Positions 28,648 to 39,056 of a stretch of 64,000 bases of DNA are shown in pieces. A program made the translations under genes and the position numbers. Below the pieces are notes generated by a model. That model saw nothing but the letters and a program-made list of their open reading frames with translations, was not told where the DNA came from and searched no databases. The stretch's first letter is position 1. Every line of letters starts with the position of its first letter. Source of the stretch: Candidatus Omnitrophota bacterium (GTDB lineage: Bacteria > Omnitrophota > Gorgyraeia > S143-82); contig WGBD01000002.1 in NCBI GenBank assembly GCA_015494465.1, positions 131,683 through 195,682 on the forward strand, given 5' to 3'.

Positions 28648-29994
28648 TTACTTGCTTGCTTCCAACCAATCCCTTCCTATCCTAACATCCACCTCGAGGG
28701 GCACGCTGAGCCTTACCGCTTCCGTCATCGCACTAACGATCAAGGCTCTCAATTCTTCCAACTCCTCCGGGTGGACATCGAACAATAACTCGTCGTGTAT
28801 CTGCAAGATCATTCGGCTACGATAGCCCTTCATCCGCCGATGGAGATTCAACATCGCAATCTTCATTATCTCCGCTGCGCTGCCCTGTATTACGGTGTTC
28901 ACCGCTGCTCGTTCTCCAAAGGATCGCCTAACCCTATTCTTGCTCCTCAACTCCGGCACATACCGCCGGTGCCCAAACATCGTCTCTACCCATCCCCTTT
29001 TGCGGGCATCGGCAAGGGTATCGGAGATGAACCTCTTTACCCCAGGGTACATCTGAAAGTATCTGTCGATAAAATCCTTGGCCACCCCGTGGGTTAAGTC
29101 CACATCCTCTGCCAAGCCTTGAGGCGTGATCCCGTAAACTATGCCGAAGTTCACCCGCTTGGCGATGTCCCTCTCCTTGGGCCCCACATCCTCTCTTGAG
29201 ATGCCAAAGAGCAGACCCGCTGTTGAAGTATGGATGTCTTCGCCTCGCTCAAATGCAGATATCAACCCGGGGTCCTGCGAGAGATGGGCAAGGACCCTCA
29301 ACTCTATCTGAGAATAATCAGCGCTTAATATGTACCCTCCGGGAAACCGAGAGATAAAGGCAGATCTGATCTGCCGGCCCCACAAACTTCGAATCGGGAT
29401 TGTCTGGAGATTTGGCTCTACCGCAGTTATTCGCCCAGTCTGGGTACTTACCAAGGAAAACTTCGTATAGATTTTACCATCTTCTCGCACCGCTGACAAC
29501 AGGGGAATGATGTAGGAATTCAAGACCTTCGTCAACTCCCGATAATCCAAGAGATGTTCCACTACCGGATGCAGACCTACCAACTTCCGCAGGGTCTTCT
29601 CACTGGTGGAGGGATGGGTCTTGGCCCGCTTTATCACCGGCAATCCCAGTTTCTCGTATAGGACAAAGGCGATTTGGCGAGGAGAATTCAGGTTTACTCT
29701 GACCGGGAGAAGGTCTTCTATCTTCCTCTCCAGGTCATCCACTGCATCCTGCACCTCCTCCTGCAAGTCCTCCAATCGCTCCCTATCTACCTTGAGCCCT
29801 GCGGACTCCATATCCTTTAGCACATCTAAAAGAGGTAAGTCGATATCCAACAGGGCCATACGCTGACCTGGAGATAAAGAAGCAAAAACCTTTTCTGGAT
29901 CCTGCCAGGAGGAGAGGTCTCTTCCCGAGACGAAATAAAGGAGGTCTAGGGGGATCTTTTTACCTTCGAACTCAAAAAATTCCGCTCTCTCCAT
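28648..29994 (-). CDS. polA: DNA polymerase I, polymerase domain (separate ORF)
   Basis: NLNSPRQ, TQTGR, PNLQTIP, ADYSQIELRVLAH (motif A), AKRVNFGIVYG (motif B), QIHDELLF (motif C). Confidence 0.93.
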   Translation of the reverse strand: MERAEFFEFEGKKIPLDLLYFVSGRDLSSWQDPEKVFASLSPGQRMALLDIDLPLLDVLKDMESAGLKVDRERLEDLQEEVQDAVDDLERKIEDLLPVRVNLNSPRQIAFVLYEKLGLPVIKRAKTHPSTSEKTLRKLVGLHPVVEHLLDYRELTKVLNSYIIPLLSAVREDGKIYTKFSLVSTQTGRITAVEPNLQTIPIRSLWGRQIRSAFISRFPGGYILSADYSQIELRVLAHLSQDPGLISAFERGEDIHTSTAGLLFGISREDVGPKERDIAKRVNFGIVYGITPQGLAEDVDLTHGVAKDFIDRYFQMYPGVKRFISDTLADARKRGWVETMFGHRRYVPELRSKNRVRRSFGERAAVNTVIQGSAAEIMKIAMLNLHRRMKGYRSRMILQIHDELLFDVHPEELEELRALIVSAMTEAVRLSVPLEVDVRIGRDWLEASK

Positions 29995-30856
29995 CGATCC
30001 TCTCTGGAAACTGGCGCTTAAGAAAGGACCTAAAACCTAATCTCTGGTAGAAAATATACAGACTATCATCGGGGGTCTTCTTTAAGGGCACGAGTCCTAC
30101 CGAAATCGACAGATCCGTCTTTACCTTTACCAACTCAAGATTCCTGTAGACCAGATCCCGGCTCTCCTCCAAGGCCTTTCGCAACCGCTCCGGAAGGGAA
30201 CCGAGATTAGCGTATATTCCGTCTATGGTCCCGTACTCTCTCAATAGCTTCACCGCGGTCTTTTTGCCGATACCTGGTACGCCCGGAATGTTGTCAGAAG
30301 TGTCACCCAACATAGCAAGGTAGTCCGGGATCTGTGCCGGCCTCACCCCGACCTTCTCCAGCACCTTGACCTCGTCCAGGACCTCCAATTTCCCGTTCTT
30401 ATAGTCGCAGAAATAGACCCCCTCCCCTACCAATTGCAGGAGATCCTTATCCGAACTGACTATGTAGAAGTCAAGGGAATTCTTTTCCCGTCGAAGCGAG
30501 GAAACGATCGAACCTATAAGGTCGTCCGCCTCGTATCCTGCAAGCCTGAGCGTACCAACATCGCAGGCGGACAAAAACTCCTCTATCAAGGGCAACTGGG
30601 AATAGAACTCGTCGGGCATAGTTACCCTATTGGCCTTGTACTCAGTATATACCTCCTCCCTGAAGGTGGGCTCCTTTGAATCCAGACAGGCAACTCCATA
30701 ATCCGGATCGAGATCTCCTATCAATCTCCAGAACATGTTCACGAATCCGTAGACCGCATTCGTCGGTTGCCCGTTCGGCCCAGACATAAAGGGAAGCGCA
30801 TAGTAGGCCCGATATGCGAGAGAGGAGACATCCAGGAGTAAAACCTTACTCTTCAC
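29972..30856 (-). CDS. 5'-3' exonuclease (Pol I N-terminal domain, separate ORF)
   Basis: LLD..SLAYRAYYA, PTNAVYGF, YKANR, YEADD, SSDKD, GDTSDNIPGVPGIGKKTA motifs. Confidence 0.92.
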   Translation of the reverse strand: MKSKVLLLDVSSLAYRAYYALPFMSGPNGQPTNAVYGFVNMFWRLIGDLDPDYGVACLDSKEPTFREEVYTEYKANRVTMPDEFYSQLPLIEEFLSACDVGTLRLAGYEADDLIGSIVSSLRREKNSLDFYIVSSDKDLLQLVGEGVYFCDYKNGKLEVLDEVKVLEKVGVRPAQIPDYLAMLGDTSDNIPGVPGIGKKTAVKLLREYGTIDGIYANLGSLPERLRKALEESRDLVYRNLELVKVKTDLSISVGLVPLKKTPDDSLYIFYQRLGFRSFLKRQFPERIDGESGIF

Positions 30857-31691
30857 GGGAGGCCTGTTGGGTAAGCAACTCCTTTAACTGTTCCCTGCCG
30901 ATTTGTTTGTACCCTATGGAGATAAAATACAATGGCCTGCGCAGTTGGCTCATCAAAGAATCTAGAGGGGCATAACCTCCTTTATAACCAATTTGCTGGA
31001 TAGATCTTTCTATTTCTTGGATCTTACTCGCAATTTTGTGAAAATTACCATTAGTAGGCCTCTTTACATATTCCGCTACCGCATTCAACAGTTCTATCCG
31101 CTGACACTTTAAAGACTCCTTGATCCGATCTTCTACCTCCCAACTCTGCCATCTTTCCCCTAAGAGATCAATAAGTAGGCTGAAGCATCTCTCCTTGTCC
31201 TCGCCATGGGATTCCTCGTAGAGTTGACGGAGGGTATCCAGTTGCCCCCGGATGTCCCCTCTCTTAAGATGTATCTGATAAAGAAGATCCAAGGCAGGAA
31301 GGCGCCTTTTCGGATTTGATCTAATTACCTTCTCGAGGATAGACTCTGCGGTATCGTATCGTCCCAGACCGAAATAGGCCCTGGCCAATACCCACAACAA
31401 TTCGGAATCGTTCGGACTTAGGATGAGCCCCTTATTGACCGCACCGATGGCAGACTCGAAGTCCCCTAGCTCACAATAGCGCTCCGCCTCTTTGAGATAC
31501 TCCCGGGCAAAGCCCTTCTTGGGTCCCTCTAGGGCCTTGGAGAGTTCTTCTTCCCATTCCTGGACCAGTTTTTTAAGCTCAACACCGCTCGTTTGTGCCC
31601 TAATAGGCAAAGCCGAGAAGAGAATACAGATAAAGGCCCCTACCCCCAAAAACAACACCCACCTATTCATATCTGGATCTCTATAATCCAA
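30846..31691 (-). CDS. Exported tetratricopeptide-repeat protein
   Basis: Signal peptide ending IRA; TPR-like helices (LARAYFGLGRYDTAESILEKVI). Confidence 0.7.
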   Translation of the reverse strand: MDYRDPDMNRWVLFLGVGAFICILFSALPIRAQTSGVELKKLVQEWEEELSKALEGPKKGFAREYLKEAERYCELGDFESAIGAVNKGLILSPNDSELLWVLARAYFGLGRYDTAESILEKVIRSNPKRRLPALDLLYQIHLKRGDIRGQLDTLRQLYEESHGEDKERCFSLLIDLLGERWQSWEVEDRIKESLKCQRIELLNAVAEYVKRPTNGNFHKIASKIQEIERSIQQIGYKGGYAPLDSLMSQLRRPLYFISIGYKQIGREQLKELLTQQASREE

Positions 31692-32110
31692 TTCCCACCG
31701 CTCTCTTTGTACTCCACTTTTACTTGTTCAAACTCCTCCACAGCGGATGAAGATAGCACAAAACAGTTATCACCGTCCAGCTTCAACCCTGCACATCCTC
31801 CCCCAGTGACAGTGGACGATATCTTCACTGGAATATTATAGACACAGGTATATCGCTTACCAGGTGTTACCTCTTGCCACCCCTGAGCATAATACAAGGA
31901 AGAATAACCTGCTCCTCCCTTATATCTGCCTTTGCTGATGTCGTAGTGGGCCAGGTGCAAAGCGGAAAGGAGAAGGTCCTCCTTCATAACCGTAGCCATC
32001 CTCTGGATCTGAAACGCCTCTTGGAGGGTGTACATGTAAGTCGCCATTATCGTCAGAAAGATGAGGGTGAACATCAACAACACAAACCAGGTAAATCCTT
32101 TCCTATTCAA
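31667..32110 (-). CDS. Pilin-like protein (PilX-type, no Glu5)
   Basis: MNRKG/FTWFVLLMFTLIFL class III-like signal; Cys residues in the C-terminal part. Confidence 0.6.
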   Translation of the reverse strand: MNRKGFTWFVLLMFTLIFLTIMATYMYTLQEAFQIQRMATVMKEDLLLSALHLAHYDISKGRYKGGAGYSSLYYAQGWQEVTPGKRYTCVYNIPVKISSTVTGGGCAGLKLDGDNCFVLSSSAVEEFEQVKVEYKESGGNWIIEIQI

Positions 32111-33578
32111 TCTTCCCTTCCTCCTTTAGGACTTCGCAAAGCGCAGAGAAAACTTTCGGATCGTACCTCTTATCAACCCACCGACCTATCTCCTCCAAGG
32201 CCTCCTTTATGGACATGGCCTTACGGTAAGGCCGATCGCTGGTGAGGGCGTCAAACACATCTGCTACGCACAATATCCTAGCCTCTATAGAGATCTCGTT
32301 TCCCTTCAATCCGTCGGGATAACCCGAACCATCCAACCACTCGTGGTGATGCCTCACCGCATCGCAGAGTCTTCTTAAGGACCGCACGGGTCTTAAGATA
32401 CCTTCTCCTATTACTGGATGCTTATTCATTATCTCCCTTTCCTCAGCGGTCAGAGGACCAGGTTTGTGGAGTATCTCGTCGCTTATCCCTATTTTACCTA
32501 TGTCGTGCATGTCCGCAGCATCCCTAACGATCGATATCTGCTCTTCGGACAGATTCATCTTCCTGGCTATCTTCTCCGCATACTCCGAGACCCTTTTGCT
32601 GTGACCACGACTGTACGGATCCTTGGCCTCAACTGCTATGGCTAAAGCGGAAAGGGTCTCCATGTAGGTCTTCTCCACATCCTCGTTAAGTCTGAGGTTT
32701 TCCAGGGCTACCGCAGTCTGGGTGCCGATGTTGTTTAGTATCAAGAGATCGTCGTCGGTGAAGTTCTCACCCGAGTACTTATCCTCAACCGAAAGGACGC
32801 CCAACAACCGATCCTTGAAGAGCAACGGGACGCATACGATCGTTGGATCCTCTTCGTCTGCAGAAAACACATGGCCTCTGCTAGCTGGGCGTCTGGGAAG
32901 ACACATCGCCTTCTTCTCCAGGGCAACCCACCCCTCTATCCCCTTGCCTATTGGTACTCTGCGCGCCCCTATCTCACTCTTGCGTCCACCTGATATGAAC
33001 TTTACATACAATTCCTGTTTCTCCTCGTCCACTAACCAAAGCCTAGCAACCCGCGCGTCCAGTGCCTGGGCTATCGTGTTGACCATCAGCTCCAAGAACC
33101 CATCTATAGTCGAAGACCCAGCCAATCCTTCGCCTATCTTCATAAGCACCTCTTCCAACAGCTTCTTAGAGGCCTTTAGCTTCTCCATACTCTTCTCCAA
33201 CTCGTCCACCAGGTCGTTAAGCCCTTTGGCCATCTCCCCTATCTCGTCCCTAGAATCCACATTGAGTCTGTAGTGGAGGTCCCCGGAGAGTATCCTCCTC
33301 ATCCCCGAGACTATGTACAATATGTTGCGGACCCAACGCTTGAGCAAAAAGTAGCCTGTAAGCGATAGGGCCAGAAGCATTAGGTAGAGAAGGGCCACCT
33401 GAGGGGAATAGAGTTTATCCGGGACATATCGATAGAAGATCCAATAGATCACCACGAAAGGGACGAAGGAGATAGCAAAATAGATGGTTATTATCTTCCT
33501 TTGCAGGCTTTGCCCCTCTATAGAAAGCTCAAGCGCGGTGAGATCTACCGGCTTCTTTCTGGACCTTCGTCTGCTCAT
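32103..33578 (-). CDS. Membrane HAMP-GAF-HD-GYP c-di-GMP phosphodiesterase
   Basis: Two TMs, DEIGEMA HAMP, GAF (VPLL..DRLLGVL, FTDDD), KDPYSRGHS, HDIGK, HHEWLDGSGYP, DVFDALTSDRPYR. Confidence 0.92.
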   Translation of the reverse strand: MSRRRSRKKPVDLTALELSIEGQSLQRKIITIYFAISFVPFVVIYWIFYRYVPDKLYSPQVALLYLMLLALSLTGYFLLKRWVRNILYIVSGMRRILSGDLHYRLNVDSRDEIGEMAKGLNDLVDELEKSMEKLKASKKLLEEVLMKIGEGLAGSSTIDGFLELMVNTIAQALDARVARLWLVDEEKQELYVKFISGGRKSEIGARRVPIGKGIEGWVALEKKAMCLPRRPASRGHVFSADEEDPTIVCVPLLFKDRLLGVLSVEDKYSGENFTDDDLLILNNIGTQTAVALENLRLNEDVEKTYMETLSALAIAVEAKDPYSRGHSKRVSEYAEKIARKMNLSEEQISIVRDAADMHDIGKIGISDEILHKPGPLTAEEREIMNKHPVIGEGILRPVRSLRRLCDAVRHHHEWLDGSGYPDGLKGNEISIEARILCVADVFDALTSDRPYRKAMSIKEALEEIGRWVDKRYDPKVFSALCEVLKEEGKIE

Positions 33579-34054
33579 CCCGCACCTTTGTCCAGGGCTA
33601 TAGTGCCGGTGCGCGCCATGTCCTCTATCCCGACGGCCTTTAGCTCTTCTAGGGCAGACTCCACGAACTCTTCCTCTCCAACCACTTGAAGTATAACAGA
33701 ATCCCCTACTATGTCAGTAATCTCTAGGTGGAATTTATCAATGATGGAATCCACCTTCTCCCGATTGTCTTCCCCGTATCTCACCTTGACCAGCACTAGG
33801 TCCCGTTCCACATATCTGCCTGGGGCAAGATCCTTCACCTCTATAACATCTATGAGCTTTCCTAGTTGCCTCTTGACCTGATTTATAATGCGATCGTCCC
33901 CGTGGACCACCACGGTCATACGAGAAAACCTCGGATCGTCCGTCTCTCCCACTGCCAGAGAGTCGATGTTATATCCCCTGGCGCTAAAAAGCCCGGCAAT
34001 CCTCGCCAGCACCCCAAACTTGTTCTCCACCAGCACCGATATCACATGCCTCAT
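33575..34054 (-). CDS. ilvN: Acetolactate synthase small subunit
   Basis: SVLVENKFGVLARIAGLFSARGYNIDSL ACT domain. Confidence 0.96.
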   Translation of the reverse strand: MRHVISVLVENKFGVLARIAGLFSARGYNIDSLAVGETDDPRFSRMTVVVHGDDRIINQVKRQLGKLIDVIEVKDLAPGRYVERDLVLVKVRYGEDNREKVDSIIDKFHLEITDIVGDSVILQVVGEEEFVESALEELKAVGIEDMARTGTIALDKGAG

Positions 34055-34055
34055 C

Positions 34056-35729
34056 TCAGGCCATCCCCATTATCATCTTGTTTATCGTCTCCCCTGCCGG
34101 AACCATAGGAAAGACATTCTCCTCCGGTTCCACCACGAAATCCATCAAGACCACCCCCGGTGTCTCCAATGCCTCCTTTATAGCCGGGACGACATCCTCC
34201 TTTCGGGTAACTCGCAATCCCTTTGCCCCGTAAGCCTCCGCCAGTTTCACGAAGTCGGGACTGCGTATGGGAGTGGCGGAATAGCGCCTTCTATAAAAAA
34301 GTTCCTGCCACTGGCGGACCATCCCCAGATAACTGTTGTTCAGGATGGCCACCTTCACATCTATGCCGTTCTCCACCGCGGTCATGAGCTCCTGTATGTT
34401 CATCTGTATGGAACCGTCACCTGCGATGTCTATGACCACCCTATCAGGACGGCCTACCTTGGCCCCTATGGCAGCAGGCAAACCGAAGCCCATGGTCCCC
34501 AACCCTCCGCTAGAGATAAACTGCCTAGGATACTTGTAGCGATAGTACTGGGCTGCCCACATCTGGTTCTGTCCCACTTCAGTGGTGATTATGGCCTCAC
34601 CATTCGTCAGCTCCGAAAGCTTCTCCACCACATATTGGGGTTTTATCACATTGGGATCGTCTTTATACCTCAACGGGAACTTTCTCTTCCACTCCTCTAT
34701 TTGTTCCAGCCAGGCAGAGGTATCCGGCTTCTCCACTACCTTCAATAGCTCTTGGAGGACGATCTTGGCATCTCCAACTATCTCCAGATCCACGGGGATG
34801 TTCTTGCTTATTGAAGAAGGATCTATGTCTATGTGTATGACCTTTGCGTAGGGAGCAAAGGTGTCCAATCTTCCGGTTACCCGGTCGTCAAACCTTGCAC
34901 CAACCGCTATTATGAGATCTGCCTCCATCACCGCGTGATTCGCATAACCCGTGCCGTGCATACCCAACATCCCCAGAGACAGTGGATCGTCCGTCGGGAA
35001 CACCCCTAACGCCATCAAGGTGGTGGTAACCGGTATCTGGCACCTGTGGGCAAGTTCCCGCACCTCTTCGGCAGCAGATGCGGTTACCACTCCCCCACCT
35101 ACATACAATACCGGCCTTTTTGCCTGGGCTATCATCAGGGCAGCCTGTTTTATATGGGCGGGATGGGGATGGGTAACGACCTTATAACCGGGCAGATCCA
35201 CGCTTTCAGGCCACTCGAACTCCGCTTCCTGTAGCTGGACATCTACGGGCAGGTCTATCAAGACCGGACCCGGTCGTCCGGTAGAGGCGATGTAAAAGGC
35301 CTCCTTGATCACCCTAGGAAGCTCCTTTGCACTCTTCACCAGGTAATTGTGCTTGGTAATCGGTCGGGTTATCCCCGTGACATCTGCCTCCTGAAAGGCG
35401 TCGTTCCCTATAAGACTGGTCTTTACCTGTCCGGTGATGGCCACCAGGGGTATAGAATCCATGTACGCAGTCGCTATACCCGTAACCAGATTCGTCGCTC
35501 CCGGCCCGGATGTGGCTATGCACACCCCGACCTTGCCGGTGGCCCGGGCATAGCCGTCCGCAGCGTGGGCTGCTCCCTGCTCGTGCCGGGTCAATATGAA
35601 CTTTAGCGGGGCATCGTAAAGGACATCAAATGTGGGCAAGACCGCCCCGCCCGGATAGCCAAAGATGTACTCCACACCCTCCCTCTGGAGGGCCTCCACC
35701 AGGATCTGGGCACCCTTCATCTTGGGCAC
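34056..35729 (-). CDS. ilvB: Acetolactate synthase large subunit
   Basis: [43 protein letters not shown] motifs. Confidence 0.97.
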   Translation of the reverse strand: MPKMKGAQILVEALQREGVEYIFGYPGGAVLPTFDVLYDAPLKFILTRHEQGAAHAADGYARATGKVGVCIATSGPGATNLVTGIATAYMDSIPLVAITGQVKTSLIGNDAFQEADVTGITRPITKHNYLVKSAKELPRVIKEAFYIASTGRPGPVLIDLPVDVQLQEAEFEWPESVDLPGYKVVTHPHPAHIKQAALMIAQAKRPVLYVGGGVVTASAAEEVRELAHRCQIPVTTTLMALGVFPTDDPLSLGMLGMHGTGYANHAVMEADLIIAVGARFDDRVTGRLDTFAPYAKVIHIDIDPSSISKNIPVDLEIVGDAKIVLQELLKVVEKPDTSAWLEQIEEWKRKFPLRYKDDPNVIKPQYVVEKLSELTNGEAIITTEVGQNQMWAAQYYRYKYPRQFISSGGLGTMGFGLPAAIGAKVGRPDRVVIDIAGDGSIQMNIQELMTAVENGIDVKVAILNNSYLGMVRQWQELFYRRRYSATPIRSPDFVKLAEAYGAKGLRVTRKEDVVPAIKEALETPGVVLMDFVVEPEENVFPMVPAGETINKMIMGMA

Positions 35730-36907
35730 TACTTATCCTCCAGCACCGCTATTCCGGGCAACTCCTTACCCTCCAAGAACTCCAGAGAGGCACCGCCACC
35801 AGTGGAGATGTGGGTCATCTTGTCCTCCAAACCAAACTTGGCGATCATCGCTGCGGTGTCGCCTCCACCGATGATTTTTACCGCGGAGGTCTGGGCAAGA
35901 CACTCGGCTACCTTTCTGCTCCCCTCGTCAAACGGAGGCACCTCAAAGACGCCCAAGGGCCCGTTCCAGACCACCGTCTTGGCGGACTTGACCACATCGC
36001 AGAAGATCTCCACGCTCTTGGGACCGATGTCCAGACCCATCCATCCCTCTTCTATCTCTTCGACCACCTTGGTCTCTACACCCTCTTTTAGCTCCTTGGC
36101 CACCACATGATCCACGGGCAAGTATATCTTCACACCTTTCTCCTCTGCCTTTGCCAGTATCTCCTTGGCGACGTCCACCTTGTCCGCCTCTAGCTTGGAA
36201 GAGCCTATCGCTTTGCCTTGGGCCTTAAGGAAGGTGTAGGCCATCCCTCCACCTATTATCAAGGCGTCTACCTTGGTGAGGAGGTTCTCTATCACCATTA
36301 TCTTATCCGAGACCTTTGCCCCTCCTAGTATGGCCACGAATGGTCTTTCCGGATTCTCCAGGGCTCCACCGAGATACTTTATCTCCTTCTCCAAAAGGAA
36401 CCCTGCCACTGCGGGCAGGTACTTGGCCACTCCTACGGTGGAGGCGTGGGCCCTGTGGACGGTACCGAAGGCATCGCTGACATAGATGTCCCCTAGCTCC
36501 GCCAAGCTCTTAGCGAACTCGGGATCATTCTTTTCTTCTTCGGGATGGAAGCGAAGGTTCTCGAGTAGGATAACCCTTTCGGAGGCATTTTCTATCGCCT
36601 GCTTGACCTCATCCCCAACGCAATCGTTGAGCTTAAGGACCTTCTCCCCCAAGAGCTCCTCCAGCCTGCGAGCTACTGGATCCAGACGCAGTTCCTCCTT
36701 GACCTGGCCCTTGGGCCTGCCCAGGTGGCTCATTAGGACCACCTTCTTGGCGCCATTCTCCAACGCATACTTTATCGTCGGCAAGGCTGACCTTATCCGT
36801 CTGTCGTCGGTGATGTTCCTGTTCTCGTCCAGAGGGACATTGAAGTCAACCCGAATCAAGACCACCTTATCCTTGAGGTCGACATCTTTTATAGTCTTCT
36901 TGGCCAT
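35729..36907 (-). CDS. pgk: Phosphoglycerate kinase
   Basis: [48 protein letters not shown] motifs. Confidence 0.98.
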   Translation of the reverse strand: MAKKTIKDVDLKDKVVLIRVDFNVPLDENRNITDDRRIRSALPTIKYALENGAKKVVLMSHLGRPKGQVKEELRLDPVARRLEELLGEKVLKLNDCVGDEVKQAIENASERVILLENLRFHPEEEKNDPEFAKSLAELGDIYVSDAFGTVHRAHASTVGVAKYLPAVAGFLLEKEIKYLGGALENPERPFVAILGGAKVSDKIMVIENLLTKVDALIIGGGMAYTFLKAQGKAIGSSKLEADKVDVAKEILAKAEEKGVKIYLPVDHVVAKELKEGVETKVVEEIEEGWMGLDIGPKSVEIFCDVVKSAKTVVWNGPLGVFEVPPFDEGSRKVAECLAQTSAVKIIGGGDTAAMIAKFGLEDKMTHISTGGGASLEFLEGKELPGIAVLEDK

Positions 36908-36986
36908 AACAACCTCCTTTGTCCAACGCGAGGCCCCAGGTCATAAACTTGGATATCGGAGGTATGATACCACAAAGGGTACAAAT

Positions 36987-37991
36987 TTACCAGATGACAT
37001 CTCTCAGGCGCTTGGCCCCAAGCTCCGGGGTGGTAGGAACCACATAGAAACCAGACCCCCACTCGAAACCGGCCACCCTGGATATCCGAGGCATTATCTC
37101 TACGTGCCAGTGGTAATAATCGTACATCCCCTTGAGTGGAGCCACATGGATCACGAAGTTGTACGGGGGATTGTGCAATAATAGCTTAAGCCGAATTAGG
37201 GCGTCCTTCAGGGCCTTAGCCAACTCCATGGCCTGGTCGTCACTCATCTCTCTGAAATCGCAACAGTGATACTTTGGCATAATCCACATCTCGAAGGGGA
37301 ATCTGGAACTAAAAGGACAAAAGGTGATAAAGAAGGGGTTCTCGTAGACTACCCGTTCCCTTTCCTCCTTCTCTTGTCGCCACATGTCGCAGAATATACA
37401 CCGCTCCCGATACTCGTAATAGGCCTTCGACCCTTCCAGCTCCTCTTTCACATTCTTGGGTATCAAGGGCATGGCTATCAACTGAGAGTGATCGTGTTCG
37501 ATAGAGGCCCCAGCGATGGCACCAAAGTTCTTGAAGATCAAGATGTACTCGAACCTCGGATCCTGACTCAAGTCGTTCATCCTGGACCTATAGGCCTTTA
37601 TCACCTCGAACACCTCTTCAAAAGAAAGATCCGCTAGGGTCTTGAAATGATCAGGCGTCTCAATCACCACCTCGTGGGCACCTATACCGTTTGCTATGTC
37701 GTAAAGCCCTATCGGCCTGCTCTCTAGGTCCCCTTCTATCACCAAGGCGGGGAACTTGTTGGGAACCACCCTAACCTGCCAACCCGGACCGTTGGCCTCA
37801 CCACCGTTTGGCCTATAGGCGTATACCTCCGGTGGGGTGGCTGATTCCTTTCCTGGACAGAAAAAGCACTTTTCGGGATGCCTTTTCTCTACTGGAGGAT
37901 AGAGCTGATGGAACTGATCTACATCCAAGGGCTCTTCACTGGTAACTATCACCCACCTACCAACTATTGGATCTCGTCTAAATTCCGTCAT
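36987..37991 (-). CDS. galT: Galactose-1-phosphate uridylyltransferase family (HIT-like), catalytic motif intact
   Basis: EFRRDP, CFFCPG, VPNKFPAL, GAHEVVIE, AGASIEHDHSQ, HWHVEI motifs. Confidence 0.9.
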   Translation of the reverse strand: MTEFRRDPIVGRWVIVTSEEPLDVDQFHQLYPPVEKRHPEKCFFCPGKESATPPEVYAYRPNGGEANGPGWQVRVVPNKFPALVIEGDLESRPIGLYDIANGIGAHEVVIETPDHFKTLADLSFEEVFEVIKAYRSRMNDLSQDPRFEYILIFKNFGAIAGASIEHDHSQLIAMPLIPKNVKEELEGSKAYYEYRERCIFCDMWRQEKEERERVVYENPFFITFCPFSSRFPFEMWIMPKYHCCDFREMSDDQAMELAKALKDALIRLKLLLHNPPYNFVIHVAPLKGMYDYYHWHVEIMPRISRVAGFEWGSGFYVVPTTPELGAKRLRDVIW

Positions 37992-39010
37992 ACCTCAACC
38001 TCTATGGATCTCAAAAACTCGGCCGAATCCTCGGGAAGCATCGGATTAATGTAAAATCCCGTACCCCATTCGAATCCTGCTATCCTGGTCAATTGAGGGA
38101 TTATCTCTATGTGCCAGTGGAAGTCCTCCTCCAGCGTTATCCAGTATCCAGGCCTGTGTTTCTTTCTAAATGGCGCGGTAAAGAAGACCCAACTATACGG
38201 CGGGTCGTTGAGACCTATTTTTATCTTCAACAGCACCCGTTTTAGCATCTCCGAAAGAGGACGAAATTCCCCTGGATCGAGTTTGTAGAAGTCACAGAGA
38301 TGCCTTTTAGGTAATATCCAAGTCTCAAAAGGAAACCTACTGGCAAAGGCAGAAATGGCAATAAACGCCTCGTTCTCAGCCACTATTCTTACCTTTTGCT
38401 CCTTCTCTTGACGGATGATGTCACAAAAGATGCATCGCTCGTGATAGTTGTAATACCTACGGGCCCCGGTAAGCTTTTCCTTTACCCGCTTGGGATTTAC
38501 GGGCAAGGCTATTATGTTGGACCGGCTGTGGAATATGTTCCCTCTCTGGCGCTCACCTTCGTAGTTCTTGTATATCAGCGCATACCTTAGTCGCTCGTCC
38601 TGCTCTAGGTCTCGAATGCGCAATGCGTAAACGGATAAGACCTTATCTATCGTCTCTAAAGGCAGATCAGCGATGTTCAAGACATGCTCGGGTGTCTCCA
38701 ATACCAATTCGTGGGCACCTATCCCGTTCATTACATCGTATATACCGTGGGCCCGACGATCGATCTCTCCCTCTATTTGCAATAAACGATTCTTCCTCGG
38801 AGTCACCAAGACATGCCACCGTTCGGGATTGGAAGAATCGCGAAGGGAAAAGATCTCTGGATAATCCTCTTTGTGGGCACAGAATTCGCACTCTCCTTCG
38901 GTGGATTTATCATTCTGAGAAAGGACAAAGACATCCCTCGGGCGTTTAGACCTCTCGGTGCTTATTATGACCCACCGACCTACGACAGGATCCTTGCGAA
39001 GTTCAGGCAT
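37988..39010 (-). CDS. GalT-like paralog with degenerate catalytic motif
   Basis: ELRKDP, CEFC, GAHELVLE, CIFCD, AGFEWGTG conserved, but HxHxQ replaced by HSRSN. Confidence 0.85.
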   Translation of the reverse strand: MPELRKDPVVGRWVIISTERSKRPRDVFVLSQNDKSTEGECEFCAHKEDYPEIFSLRDSSNPERWHVLVTPRKNRLLQIEGEIDRRAHGIYDVMNGIGAHELVLETPEHVLNIADLPLETIDKVLSVYALRIRDLEQDERLRYALIYKNYEGERQRGNIFHSRSNIIALPVNPKRVKEKLTGARRYYNYHERCIFCDIIRQEKEQKVRIVAENEAFIAISAFASRFPFETWILPKRHLCDFYKLDPGEFRPLSEMLKRVLLKIKIGLNDPPYSWVFFTAPFRKKHRPGYWITLEEDFHWHIEIIPQLTRIAGFEWGTGFYINPMLPEDSAEFLRSIEVEV

Positions 39011-39056
39011 GCAACCCCCTTTTAGCGCCCCTTTACTAACTTGCTCTAATTATACC

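Noticed and set aside
29972-29974. TGA recoding (selenocysteine or alternative genetic code) at the polA junction
   Set aside because: Readthrough would not reach the polymerase frame, and TGA ends other genes at their expected positions.
24279-30856. Inteins or introns in the helicase, rho or polA
   Set aside because: Protein lengths are normal or short, with no insertion or splicing motifs.
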